Source: Candidatus Undinarchaeota archaeon
Lineage (GTDB): Archaea > Undinarchaeota > Undinarchaeia > Undinarchaeales > UBA543
Assembly (NCBI GenBank): GCA_964567575.1
Contig: CAZMMZ010000002.1
Coordinates: 14,254 to 78,253 of the forward strand
Length of the DNA stretch: 64,000 nucleotides
Direction of reading: 5' to 3'
In this document: positions 47,035 to 56,688 of the stretch, piece by piece
Position numbering within the stretch: the stretch's first letter is position 1
Layout: each line of letters opens with the position of its first letter
The notes under the pieces: model-generated
What the model saw: the letters and a program-made list of their open reading frames with translations, nothing else
Database searches by the model: none
What the model was told of the DNA's origin: nothing
Made by a program: the position numbers and the translations under genes

Positions 47035-48478
47035 CTCCTAACATGATTAATATTGCTATAAGCAAACCAAAGATAGCATATGTTTCTGGAATAACTGAAA
47101 GCACAAGGCCTTTTCCAGTTGCTTCTTTGTTTTTCACTGTTGCTCCAATTGCTCCACCAGCAACTATTCCTTGTCCAATAGCTGATAATCCAGCAAATCC
47201 TACTGCACATCCTGCTGCTATTGATGCTAATCCTGCTACGCTTGTTAGTGATCCTGCTTTTCCAGCTCCAACAAGACCTACTGCTGCAAGTACGAGAATT
47301 GCGACAATGAATCCGTAAAGTGCTTGTGTTTCTGGGAGTACAGAGAAAACCATACTCTTACCAAACACTTCAGGCTTTTCAGAAACTGCTCCAACACCTG
47401 CTGCTGCTGCGATTCCTTGTCCAATAGCTGATAGTCCTGCTACTCCGACTGCGATACCTGCACCAACACCTGCTAGTCCAATTGTTTCTGTTATTCCTTG
47501 ACCACCACCTGATCCAAGTATTCCTGCACCAAGTAATATTAAAATAGCAATAAGCATTCCGTAAATTGCTTGTGTTTCTGGTAGTACTGAGAAAACCATT
47601 CCTTTTCCCATCATCTTATCGTCTTCAGCAACTGTACTAACTGCAGCTCCAGCTGCAATTCCTTGTCCAATAGCTGATAATCCTGCTACACCAACTGCAA
47701 GACCTGCTCCAACAGCTGCTATTCCTGCACCCATTTTTAATGATCCTACAATTGTTCCTCCAATCATTCCTGTTGAAACAAGAATTAGGATTGCGACAAT
47801 GAATCCGTAAAGTGCCTGTGTTTCTGGAAGTACTGAGAAAACCATTCCTTTTCCAAACATGTCTTCTTTTTCAGAAACTGCTCCAATAGCTGAACTTGCT
47901 GCGATTCCCTGTCCAAGACCTGAAAGTCCTGCTACACCAACTGCGATTCCAGCACCAAGTGCTGCGAGTCCAATTGGTAATGGGAGTTTTGCAGATGTTG
48001 TTCCAATAATTCCTGCACCAAGTAAAATTAAAACAGAAATAAGCATTCCATAAATTGCTTGTGTTTCTGGTAATACTGAGAAAACCATTCCTTTTCCCAT
48101 CATCTTATCATTTTCAGCAACTGCGCCGATTGCAGATCCAGAAGTTATTCCTTGTCCAATAGCTGAAAGTCCTGCGAAACCAACAGCAATACCTGCTCCA
48201 AGACATGCAATTGCAGTACCGATTGAAATATCGGCTGTGGCAGTTCCTACAATTCCTGTGCCCATTAAAATAAGTATAGCAATAAGGAAGCCGTAAATTC
48301 CCTGAGTTTGTGGAAGCGCTTGGAAAATAAGTGCTGTTGAGAATTTTTCTGGATCTTCTGTAATAGCTCCAGCTCCAGCAGCTCCTGCGATACCTGCTCC
48401 AATTCCACTAGCTAGTCCTGCTACTCCGACTGCAATTCCAGCTCCTATTGCAGCAATTGCAATTTCTGCAGTTGCCAT
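47018..48478 (-). CDS. atpK: A-type ATP synthase proteolipid (K/c subunit) with six fused hairpins (about 12 TM)
   Basis: 486 aa made of six ~81-aa repeats, each GAGIAVG...GQGIAA...hairpin. The helix-2 ion-site motif is PQTQ in repeat 1, PETQ in repeats 2-5 and PETY in repeat 6. Confidence 0.85.
   Translation of the reverse strand: MATAEIAIAAIGAGIAVGVAGLASGIGAGIAGAAGAGAITEDPEKFSTALIFQALPQTQGIYGFLIAILILMGTGIVGTATADISIGTAIACLGAGIAVGFAGLSAIGQGITSGSAIGAVAENDKMMGKGMVFSVLPETQAIYGMLISVLILLGAGIIGTTSAKLPLPIGLAALGAGIAVGVAGLSGLGQGIAASSAIGAVSEKEDMFGKGMVFSVLPETQALYGFIVAILILVSTGMIGGTIVGSLKMGAGIAAVGAGLAVGVAGLSAIGQGIAAGAAVSTVAEDDKMMGKGMVFSVLPETQAIYGMLIAILILLGAGILGSGGGQGITETIGLAGVGAGIAVGVAGLSAIGQGIAAAAGVGAVSEKPEVFGKSMVFSVLPETQALYGFIVAILVLAAVGLVGAGKAGSLTSVAGLASIAAGCAVGFAGLSAIGQGIVAGGAIGATVKNKEATGKGLVLSVIPETYAIFGLLIAILIMLGVGLFG
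47018..48478. repeat. Intragenic tandem repeat of six ~243-bp units within atpK; copies 486 bp apart are near-identical
   Basis: The anchor gtttctgg recurs near 47089, 47332, 47575, 47822 and 48062. The 47575 and 48062 blocks match over about 50 nt with 2-3 mismatches. Confidence 0.8.
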
Positions 48479-48531
48479 TTTAGTTGCCCCCCTTTAGGGT
48501 TTTCTTTTCAATTGATTCATGATTTCTCATT

Positions 48532-50493
48532 TTATTTTTCCTCTATTGTAGTATAATCTCGACTTACTGAAAACGGTGAATATTTTCTTCCACCGCCACT
48601 GTAGAATTTACTAAAGAATTCTACATATTGTAAACGAAGTCCGTGAACAAAAGCACCGAGTGCATTCATAGCAAAACTGAATGCATGACCTACTGAAAAT
48701 ATGATTATTGCAAGAAGTATTCCAAGGAATGGAACTCCTGAGACCATTCCTGCAAGTAAATTCATTGTCATTGCAATACCACCTGTTGCAAGACATAAAG
48801 CAAGAAGACGTGTGAAAGACATAACATCTCCAAAGAATCCTGTTACATCGAATAATCCTATAACTCCTTTAAATCTGATAAGTATTACTAATGAAAGTCC
48901 TGCAAGTACGTATGCTACATATTTGAGTCCACCTGCTAATTCTATTCCTAGCATTGGACCAAGAAGAATGAATGCTGCAGCTTGTAGGGAGAACCAAATT
49001 ATCTGTCCGTGTAACATTTCAAGTTTCTTTCCCTGTTTCCAATTATTAATTGCTCCAAGAATAAGTCCAAGATTCAAATGAGCAATTCCAACAAATAATG
49101 AAACTTTTAGAATAACAAGTGGGTTTGTTAATGGATCAACCCATGGGGCAAGGTTTGCAGGTTCTAATCCCCAAATATATTTTGGAAGATCTCCCAGATA
49201 ACTTCCTGTAAGAACCCCAAAGAACATTGTTGAAAGACCAACTGCAGAAACAATTGTTCCAACTTCTTTCATACTTGCATTGTGTTTTCCAAGTTTTACT
49301 AGTAGGAAAGCCCCTCCTATAAATAAAAGAAGTCCATAAACAAAATCAGTAAGCATCAACCCTGCGTAAAGAATCAAAAGTGGTGTTATAAGTGTTGTTG
49401 GATCAATTTCATTATATTTTGGAAGAGAATACATCTCTGTCATCATTTCGAATGGCTTTGCAATCCATTTATTTTTCAAAAGTACTGGCACATCATCGTC
49501 TTCAGTTGGTTCTTCTATTTTTATATGGCAACAATTATGTGAGGATTTTTGAATAGATTCTGTGATTTTTTTTGCATCTTTTTTTGGAACCCATCCATGC
49601 ATTATGAATGTTTTTTTAGTTCCTGCCATTTTTCCCAGAGCATCTATTCGTTCTTTCTCAATAACAAGTTGTTCTCGTATTGTGCTAAGATTTAAACTCC
49701 ATTTAGTGTTGAGTTTTTTCAGTTTCTCTTTTTTATTTTTAATATCCTCTTCTAATTCTTTTATTTTATCTTCAATACTTGTTTTTGTTTCTTTAACAGA
49801 AGGAATATCAAATTCTTCAAAGCCATAAGTTCTTAGAACAAGATTTGTTTTATCTTTATCATCAAGCATTACAGTTATTGTAGCAATACTTGTTTCTTGA
49901 TCTAATTCTTCAATAATTATATGAGCGTCAGGTGTTTCGTGTGTAACATCTTTTACAAATTCTTCCTTTTTTTCATTTTGAATTTTTCCAGCAAAAGTAT
50001 AAACACGACTTGAATAACCAACGTTGTGATAATCAACATTTATTTTTTCTAACAGTTCTTTTATATTTTTTAAATTTTTGTGTTGCTGGATATCGTTTTC
50101 TAAGCTTTCAATTTTTGAACTAATTGCTCCAACTTTAATATCAAGTTCTTTTATGATTTCACTATTTTCTTTAATAACTGCGTTTGGATCATTGTTTATG
50201 ACTTTTGTTTTCTTTTCAATAGCTTCACTTCCAAACATTCCGCTTTTCTGTTCTTCTGAACTTTTAAGAATATCATTAATCCTGTCTAATTTTATTAAAA
50301 GTGGTGCTAATTCTGTTATTTCTGATGTGTGTGCAGTTCCTTCAAGAAAACTTTTCCACTCTGGATGTTCAAGAAATTCGCTTGCATCTTCAAGTTGCAT
50401 TGCACTAGTTTCATGAAGTGCCCTAATAACATCGTCTCTGTACTTGTTCAAGGCGATGAACTTGAACTTTTGCATGCGTGCTGGTATAAACAT
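48532..50493 (-). CDS. atpI: A-type ATP synthase subunit I (a-subunit homologue)
   Basis: 653 aa with a hydrophilic coiled-coil N-terminal half and a polytopic C-terminal half. Confidence 0.85.
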   Translation of the reverse strand: MFIPARMQKFKFIALNKYRDDVIRALHETSAMQLEDASEFLEHPEWKSFLEGTAHTSEITELAPLLIKLDRINDILKSSEEQKSGMFGSEAIEKKTKVINNDPNAVIKENSEIIKELDIKVGAISSKIESLENDIQQHKNLKNIKELLEKINVDYHNVGYSSRVYTFAGKIQNEKKEEFVKDVTHETPDAHIIIEELDQETSIATITVMLDDKDKTNLVLRTYGFEEFDIPSVKETKTSIEDKIKELEEDIKNKKEKLKKLNTKWSLNLSTIREQLVIEKERIDALGKMAGTKKTFIMHGWVPKKDAKKITESIQKSSHNCCHIKIEEPTEDDDVPVLLKNKWIAKPFEMMTEMYSLPKYNEIDPTTLITPLLILYAGLMLTDFVYGLLLFIGGAFLLVKLGKHNASMKEVGTIVSAVGLSTMFFGVLTGSYLGDLPKYIWGLEPANLAPWVDPLTNPLVILKVSLFVGIAHLNLGLILGAINNWKQGKKLEMLHGQIIWFSLQAAAFILLGPMLGIELAGGLKYVAYVLAGLSLVILIRFKGVIGLFDVTGFFGDVMSFTRLLALCLATGGIAMTMNLLAGMVSGVPFLGILLAIIIFSVGHAFSFAMNALGAFVHGLRLQYVEFFSKFYSGGGRKYSPFSVSRDYTTIEEK

Positions 50494-50500
50494 TTTACAG

Positions 50501-50818
50501 TTACTTCTCTTGTAATATGTGTTTTATCACAGTTTCAACAGCTTTTTCAATATGTGCTTCTGATTTTTTCTCATCACTTTCAATATCTTTTTTTATTTTT
50601 TGAAGTGAGTGTGAAGATTCTTTTTCAGTACTATCTTTAGTTGTAGCTAATAATTCTTCTGCTTCATCTTGTGCTTTTTTCAAAATTAGTTCTTTTTCTT
50701 TCTGAACATCTTTGGATGCATTGTCCAAGATCTTCTCAGCCTCTTTATGGGCTTTTTCCACAAGTGCTTCCGCCTTGTGTTCTGCTTCTTTTATTTCAAC
50801 AAGTGCTTGTTTTGGCAT
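50501..50818 (-). CDS. atpH: A-type ATP synthase subunit H
   Basis: 105 aa charged helical protein. It is the first gene of the operon. Confidence 0.7.
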   Translation of the reverse strand: MPKQALVEIKEAEHKAEALVEKAHKEAEKILDNASKDVQKEKELILKKAQDEAEELLATTKDSTEKESSHSLQKIKKDIESDEKKSEAHIEKAVETVIKHILQEK

Positions 50819-50989
50819 TAGACTCCAACCTCATTAAATTGATAATGATACTATGCGCTATCTCCCCCTCATATGATTATAACTAAGCGCATCTGATATG
50901 GAGGGTGTAGATGTATATAAATGTTATTTTTTTTTATTCTTTCTTTCCAAAACTTTTTATATTTGGAATTTGAGTATTTATTGATAAAA

Positions 50990-51910
50990 ATGGCCAACTA
51001 TGTAGTTACAGGGGGCGCTGGTTTTATTGGCTCTAACATTGTTGAAGAGCTTGTGAAGCGCGGCGAAACTGTTAAAGTTATTGACGATTTGAGCACTGGG
51101 AGTCGCTCAAACTTAAAGAATGTTTTAAAAGACATTGAATTTGTTAAAGGAAGCATTACTAATTATGCTCTTTTGAAAAAAGAATTTGCAGGATATGATT
51201 ATGTGTTACATCAAGCTGCAGAAGTTTCTGTTCAAAAATCAATTAAGCATCCAGTAAACACAGCTAAAATTAATGTTCTTGGTACAATTAATGTATTGAA
51301 AGCTGCTAAAGATACTGGTATCAATCGTGTTGTTATTGCATCTTCTTGTGCTGTTTATGGTGAAAGCCCAACTGCAGTTTCCGAGAATTCAATTGTAAAA
51401 CCACTTTCTCCATATGCTGCATCAAAACTTTCTGCTGAAACATTTTCTCGATTATATTCTGATCTATATGGTCTTGAAACAGTTTGCTTACGTTATTTCA
51501 ATGTATTCGGACCTCGACAAAATCCTAAATCCGAATATGCTGCTGTAATTCCAAAATTTTTGAAAATAGTTAAAGCACGAAGAAAACCAGTAATTTATGG
51601 TGATGGTTTCCAAACTCGTGATTTTGTTTATGTTTCTAATGTTGTTGAGGCAAATATTTTAGCTGCAACCAAACCTGGTGTTGGTGGAAATACTTACAAT
51701 ATTGGAACTGGTATTAGTACAGATATTAACACTCTTGTTAAACATGTTAACAAAGTTTTAGAGAAGAATGTCACTCCAAAATATGAAGCTGCGCGTGATG
51801 GCGATATTAAACAATCTAAAGCTCATATTAGTGCAGCAAAACAGGGTTTGAATTATTTCCCTAAAGTTGATTTAATAGCTGGTTTAAGAAAAACTGTTGA
51901 GGCACTATGA
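50990..51910 (+). CDS. NAD-dependent UDP-sugar 4-epimerase (WbpP/GalE-like SDR)
   Basis: It has TGGAGFIGSN and a YAASK catalytic dyad region. The start is MANYVV at 50990, so the track extension from 50921 is rejected. Confidence 0.8.
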   Translation: MANYVVTGGAGFIGSNIVEELVKRGETVKVIDDLSTGSRSNLKNVLKDIEFVKGSITNYALLKKEFAGYDYVLHQAAEVSVQKSIKHPVNTAKINVLGTINVLKAAKDTGINRVVIASSCAVYGESPTAVSENSIVKPLSPYAASKLSAETFSRLYSDLYGLETVCLRYFNVFGPRQNPKSEYAAVIPKFLKIVKARRKPVIYGDGFQTRDFVYVSNVVEANILAATKPGVGGNTYNIGTGISTDINTLVKHVNKVLEKNVTPKYEAARDGDIKQSKAHISAAKQGLNYFPKVDLIAGLRKTVEAL

Positions 51911-53112
51911 GTAAGGTTTGTGTTATAGGTCTTGGTTATGTTGGTTTACCTCTAGCACGATTATGTTCTGAAAAAGGTCATGAAGTTTCTGGATTTGATA
52001 TTGATCCTGACAAGATTGAAAAATTAAAATCAGAATTAAAAGTAAGTTCAGATCCTAGTATTATTAAAGATTCTGAAATTATTTTGGTTTGTGTTCCAAC
52101 TCCAGTTCATGAAGATAAAACTCCTAATCTTGATCCATTAAAAAGTGCTGTCAAATTTGTTTCTGAAAATTTGTCAAAAGATTCTATTGTTATTATTGAA
52201 TCTACAATCTTTCCTGGAACAACTGAAGAAGTTGTTAAACCAATTCTTGAAGAATCTGGTTTGAAAGCAGGTTCTGATTTTTATTTGATTCATTGTCCTG
52301 AGCGAATTGATCCTGGAAATAAAGAATGGACTCTCTCAAATATTCCTCGTGTGGTTGGTGCATTAACTCCTGTTGGTGCGCGAAAAGCAAGAGAGTTTTA
52401 CAGTTCTATTATTGATGCACCAGTTTCTGTTTTATCTTCATTAAAATCAGCTGAAGCTGTGAAAGTTGTTGAGAATACTTTCCGCGACATAAACATTGCT
52501 TACGTTAATGAACTTGCAATGAGTTTTGATAAAGCTGGAATTGATTTACTTGAAGTAATAAAAGGCGCAAGCACCAAACCATTTGGTTTCATGCCACATT
52601 ATCCTGGTTGTGGGGTTGGTGGTCATTGTATCCCAGTTGATCCATATTATTTAATTGATAAAGCTGAGCAAAATGGTTTCAAACATACTTTTTTGAAAAT
52701 GGCCCGGGATATTAATCGAAACATGCCAAGTTATACAGTTTCTTTGTTAGAAAATATTGTTGAGGATATTTCAAATGCAAAAGTTGGTGTTCTTGGAATT
52801 TCTTACAAAGGAAATGTTAATGATGTTCGAGGAAGCCCAGGGTTGAAAATGAAAAAAGTTCTTGAAGAAAAAAAGGCAAGTGTTGAAATTTTTGATCCAT
52901 TTGTTCCTGAGCAAAGCACTGTTTCAAAACTTGATGAACTTCTTGAAAAATCTGATTACATTATTTTAGCAACAGCGCATGATGAGTTTCTTAAAATTAA
53001 TGGAGAGCAATTGAAAAAGAATGGGGTTAAGGCAATTGTTGATGGTAGGAATTGTTTAGATCCGAAATCAATTGTAGGTGCGGATGTAAAGTATAAGGGG
53101 ATTGGACTGTAA
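51907..53112 (+). CDS. UDP-sugar 6-dehydrogenase (WbpA/WecC-like; UDP-GlcNAc or UDP-ManNAc dehydrogenase)
   Basis: 401 aa with an N-terminal Rossmann (VIGLGYVGLPLA), a catalytic Cys segment (GFMPHYPGCGVGGHCIPVDP) and a C-terminal UDP-binding domain. Confidence 0.85.
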   Translation: MSKVCVIGLGYVGLPLARLCSEKGHEVSGFDIDPDKIEKLKSELKVSSDPSIIKDSEIILVCVPTPVHEDKTPNLDPLKSAVKFVSENLSKDSIVIIESTIFPGTTEEVVKPILEESGLKAGSDFYLIHCPERIDPGNKEWTLSNIPRVVGALTPVGARKAREFYSSIIDAPVSVLSSLKSAEAVKVVENTFRDINIAYVNELAMSFDKAGIDLLEVIKGASTKPFGFMPHYPGCGVGGHCIPVDPYYLIDKAEQNGFKHTFLKMARDINRNMPSYTVSLLENIVEDISNAKVGVLGISYKGNVNDVRGSPGLKMKKVLEEKKASVEIFDPFVPEQSTVSKLDELLEKSDYIILATAHDEFLKINGEQLKKNGVKAIVDGRNCLDPKSIVGADVKYKGIGL

Positions 53113-53169
53113 ATTTTTATTCTCTGACTTTCCACAACCTTTATATACAACAAATGAATCCTTATTCAT

Positions 53170-53469
53170 ATGAATTGCAATTCATATGAAACATTCTTTC
53201 AGAACTTTGCCAATAAGGCAAAACTAAGTATTATAATGTGCCTGCGAGACGGTCCTAAAAATGTCACACAATTATGTGGATGTGAGTGCGGTGAACAAAG
53301 TGCAGTATCTCATAATTTGCGCAAGCTGTGTGACTGTAATATTATTAGTGTAGAACAAAAAGGTAGAGAGCATGTTTATTCTTTAAACAAAAAAACAACT
53401 CTCCCTCTTCTTACTCTTGTGCAAAAACATGTTGAAGCAAATTGCACTGTGAGGTGTTGCAAAAAATGA
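53170..53469 (+). CDS. ArsR/SmtB-family wHTH regulator, unusually cysteine-rich
   Basis: 99 aa. It has an ArsR-family wHTH core. Cys clusters CGCECGEQ, CDCN and CTVRCC are present. Confidence 0.55.
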   Translation: MNCNSYETFFQNFANKAKLSIIMCLRDGPKNVTQLCGCECGEQSAVSHNLRKLCDCNIISVEQKGREHVYSLNKKTTLPLLTLVQKHVEANCTVRCCKK

Positions 53470-54650
53470 GCAAAGAAGTTTACTTAGATTCAGGAGCATC
53501 CACAATGGTGGATCCAAAAGTAGTGGAAAAAATGCTTCCATACTTTAATACTAAATTTGGGAATGCAAGTTCTCTTCATTCTCTTGGTATTGAAGCTAAA
53601 GAAGCACTTGAAAGTGCAAGACGACAAATTGCTAGTTTAATTGGAGCAAAACCAAAAGAAATTGTTTTTACAAGTGGCGGAACTGAATCAAATAATTTTG
53701 CTCTCAAAAGTGTTGCATTTACTAATCGAGATAAAGGCAATCATATAATCACAACAAAAGTTGAACACAAATGTATTATGAAAACTTGTGAATGGCTTGA
53801 GAAGCAAGATTTCAAAATAACTTATTTAGATGTTGATGAAGAAGGTTTTGTAAAACCAGAAGCCCTTGAAGCAGCAATTACAGACAAAACTCTTATTGTT
53901 TCTATTATTCATGGAAATAATGAACTTGGGACAATTCAAGATCTTGAAACTCTTGGAAAAATTTGCAAAGAAAAAGGAGTTTTATTTCATACTGATGCAT
54001 GTCAAAGTTTTACAAAAACTTTGTTAGATGTTGATAAACAAAATCTTGATTTAATTACTTTGAATTCTCATAAAATTCACGGGCCAAAAGGTGCTGGTGT
54101 TCTTTACATCCGAGCTGGTACAAAAATTGAACAATGGCAACACGGCGGATCACATGAAAATGATATGCGAGCCGGCACTGAAAATATTCACGGTATTGTT
54201 GGATTTGCAGAAGCTGCAAGAATTGCATCTGATAAAAAACATGTTGATCACATGACAAAACTTCGAGACAAATTAATCAAAGGAATTCTTGAAATTCCAG
54301 ATAGTAGATTGAATGGCCCGCAAGGGGATAAGAGATTATGTAATAATACAAATTTCTCTTTTGCTCAAGTTGAAGGTGAAGCAATTGGTGGTTACTTAGA
54401 TCAAAAAGGAATTTCAAGTTCAACCGGTTCAGCATGTTCAGCTAAAATCTTGGAGCCAAGTTATGTTCTTCAAGCAATTGGTTTAACCGATGAAGAAGCA
54501 AATGGAAGTCTTCGTTTAACACTTAGCCGATTCACAAAAGAAGAAGATGTTGATTATGTTTTAGAAGAGCTTCCAAAAATAATTAAAAAATTAAGAGGAT
54601 TTTCGCCACTAGCGAAAGTAGCAAACTATGTACTCAAAAAAAACACTTGA
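53466..54650 (+). CDS. iscS: Cysteine desulfurase (IscS/NifS class)
   Basis: It has TSGGTESNN, the PLP lysine in SHKIHGPKG and the active-site loop SSTGSACS. Confidence 0.85.
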   Translation: MSKEVYLDSGASTMVDPKVVEKMLPYFNTKFGNASSLHSLGIEAKEALESARRQIASLIGAKPKEIVFTSGGTESNNFALKSVAFTNRDKGNHIITTKVEHKCIMKTCEWLEKQDFKITYLDVDEEGFVKPEALEAAITDKTLIVSIIHGNNELGTIQDLETLGKICKEKGVLFHTDACQSFTKTLLDVDKQNLDLITLNSHKIHGPKGAGVLYIRAGTKIEQWQHGGSHENDMRAGTENIHGIVGFAEAARIASDKKHVDHMTKLRDKLIKGILEIPDSRLNGPQGDKRLCNNTNFSFAQVEGEAIGGYLDQKGISSSTGSACSAKILEPSYVLQAIGLTDEEANGSLRLTLSRFTKEEDVDYVLEELPKIIKKLRGFSPLAKVANYVLKKNT

Positions 54651-55068
54651 ACGATTTCAAAATCCAAAGCACTTGCATGATATGGAAGATGCAACAGTTA
54701 CTGGACAAGTTGGAAATGTAAAATGTGGAGATGTTATGAAACTCTTCCTAAAAATCGAACAGGATAAAATTGTTGATGCTAGTGTGCAAACGTATGGTTG
54801 CGTGGCTGCAATTTCCGCATCAGATGCACTATGCGAAATTTTAATTGGAAAAACAGTTGCAGAAGCAAAAGCATTAACTTTTAATGATGTTATGGTTAAG
54901 CTTGGTGATGTTCCTCAAGTTAAAGTTCATTGTTCCCAACTTGGTATTGAATCTCTAAAGAAAGCACTTGAAAATTATGATTCTGGGAAAAACACTGGGC
55001 GCGCAGATGTTCATAATTGTGAAGTCTGTGGTAGTTGTTCAAGAAAGAAGGGGGTAAAACATGACTGA
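54628..55068 (+). CDS. iscU: Fe-S cluster scaffold IscU/NifU-like
   Basis: 146 aa with three conserved Cys (GNVKCGD, YGCVAA, VHCSQL). Confidence 0.8.
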   Translation: MYSKKTLERFQNPKHLHDMEDATVTGQVGNVKCGDVMKLFLKIEQDKIVDASVQTYGCVAAISASDALCEILIGKTVAEAKALTFNDVMVKLGDVPQVKVHCSQLGIESLKKALENYDSGKNTGRADVHNCEVCGSCSRKKGVKHD

Positions 55069-55152
55069 TAAAAAGAAAAAAAGTCTTTACAAAAAAGTTG
55101 ATGATTGGCTAAAAGAAAAGACTAAACCTAAAAAAGGATGTAAATGCTATAA

Positions 55153-56118
55153 TTGTTAATAATAAAAATGTTACAAGAAATTATTGATTGGATCTTGCAG
55201 GGACTTTTTGGTTTAAATCCAACTTCACATTTAACGCAGAGTCTTAATTTTTTTCTTTATGATACAGTTAAAATTCTTTTTCTTTTGTTTGTAATGATTA
55301 CATTTGTAGGATTTTTAAGAACTTATATTTCTCCTAAAAAAATTCGCAAGTGGCTTAGTAAAAAATATGGTTTGAGTAATCTTGCAGCTTCAACTTTCGG
55401 AGCAATTACTCCATTCTGTTCATGTTCTTCAATTCCAATTTTCTTGAGTTTTATTAAATCAGGAGTTCCTCTTGGTGTAACCTTTTCTTTCTTAATTACT
55501 TCTCCACTTGTAAATGAATATCTAGTAGTCCTTATGCTCGGTTTCTTTGGATGGAAAATAACTGCGCTTTATGTCTTAAGTGGAATGTTGCTAGGGATGA
55601 TTCTTGGAATAATTCTTGGAAAGCTTGGATTAGAAAAATACTTGGAAAAAGATATTGTTCAATCAACTGAAATGAAAGAACAAAATTATTCTAATTTGAA
55701 AGAACGAATTTCTTTTGGATTTGCTGAAGCAATTTCAATTATCAAAAAACTTTGGCTTTGGATAATTGTTGGTGTTGCTGCTGGCGCTATTATTCACAAT
55801 TATATTCCATCAGAAGTTATTCAATCAGTAATTAGTAAAGGTGGAATTTTCACAGTTCCACTTGCCACGTTCCTTGGAGTTCCAATGTATGGAAGCTGTG
55901 CAGCAATTGTCCCAATTGCAGTTGTGCTCTTTAACAAAGGAGTACCTCTTGGAACTGCTCTTGCATTTATGATGGCCACTGCAGCATTGAGTTTCCCCGA
56001 AGCAATTATTTTGAGAAGGGCTATGAAACTTAAACTGATTTTAATTTTCTTTGGAATAGTTACTCTTGGAATAATTTTTACTGGCTATTTGTTTAATGTG
56101 TTGCAATTTTTAATTTAG
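55153..56118 (+). CDS. Predicted permease (COG0701/DUF318 family with CSC motif)
   Basis: 321 aa, two-repeat polytopic. The [10 protein letters not shown] motif is typical of this family. Confidence 0.6.
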   Translation: MLIIKMLQEIIDWILQGLFGLNPTSHLTQSLNFFLYDTVKILFLLFVMITFVGFLRTYISPKKIRKWLSKKYGLSNLAASTFGAITPFCSCSSIPIFLSFIKSGVPLGVTFSFLITSPLVNEYLVVLMLGFFGWKITALYVLSGMLLGMILGIILGKLGLEKYLEKDIVQSTEMKEQNYSNLKERISFGFAEAISIIKKLWLWIIVGVAAGAIIHNYIPSEVIQSVISKGGIFTVPLATFLGVPMYGSCAAIVPIAVVLFNKGVPLGTALAFMMATAALSFPEAIILRRAMKLKLILIFFGIVTLGIIFTGYLFNVLQFLI

Positions 56119-56155
56119 GTAAACTTTAAATAAACATACTCATATCTCGAAGAGC

Positions 56156-56551
56156 ATGAAAAAATTACTAAATGCACTTTGTATTTTAATAATCGTAATT
56201 TCTTTTATTATTCCTGTTTATGCCATTGAGGATGATGTCATAATCAATGAACGCGAGGAGCTTCCTGTTGTTGATATTGAAACAACAGATCTTGTAATTG
56301 CTCCTGCTCTAGAAAAGGAAGGTGAAATCATTACTGAATCTCCATTAGATGACGACGCAAACATGGAACCGAAAGATTTTGTTGAAAATCCAGAAGGAAC
56401 AATTGGTATTGAAGATCCAGAACCTATAATGATGGAAACTACAACTCAAGCACCGCCAAAACCAGTAGTTAATTACCGATTTGTAATGTTCCCAGCCATA
56501 CTAGTTTTTATTAGTTTGATTGTGTTCTTGATACTTGTATCAAAAAAATAG
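56156..56551 (+). CDS. Secreted acidic protein with a C-terminal TM anchor and KK tail
   Basis: It has a signal peptide, an acidic body rich in E, D and P, and a C-terminus FVMFPAILVFISLIVFLILVSKK. Confidence 0.4.
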   Translation: MKKLLNALCILIIVISFIIPVYAIEDDVIINEREELPVVDIETTDLVIAPALEKEGEIITESPLDDDANMEPKDFVENPEGTIGIEDPEPIMMETTTQAPPKPVVNYRFVMFPAILVFISLIVFLILVSKK

Positions 56552-56688
56552 AGTTAGAAAAATCTCAAAATTAAGAATTCAAAAATAATTTTTATTGTAT
56601 TACATAATAAAATAATAATATCCAGCAGCTGCAAGTGCAAGCAGGATGATTACAATGATAATCCATTTAGCTTCCATTAATTTACCTC

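Noticed and set aside
46992-48053. Multiple antisense or alternate-frame ORFs within atpK (for example 46992-47318 +, 47013-47210 -, 47859-48053 +)
   Set aside because: These are artefacts of the GC-richer, repetitive Gly/Ala-coding sequence. The atpK frame is the only one with a coherent proteolipid translation.
47018-48478. Regular ~243-bp DNA periodicity as a possible CRISPR or other non-coding tandem array
   Set aside because: The periodicity is entirely within one long ORF that encodes repeated proteolipid hairpins. No spacer-like unique segments are present.
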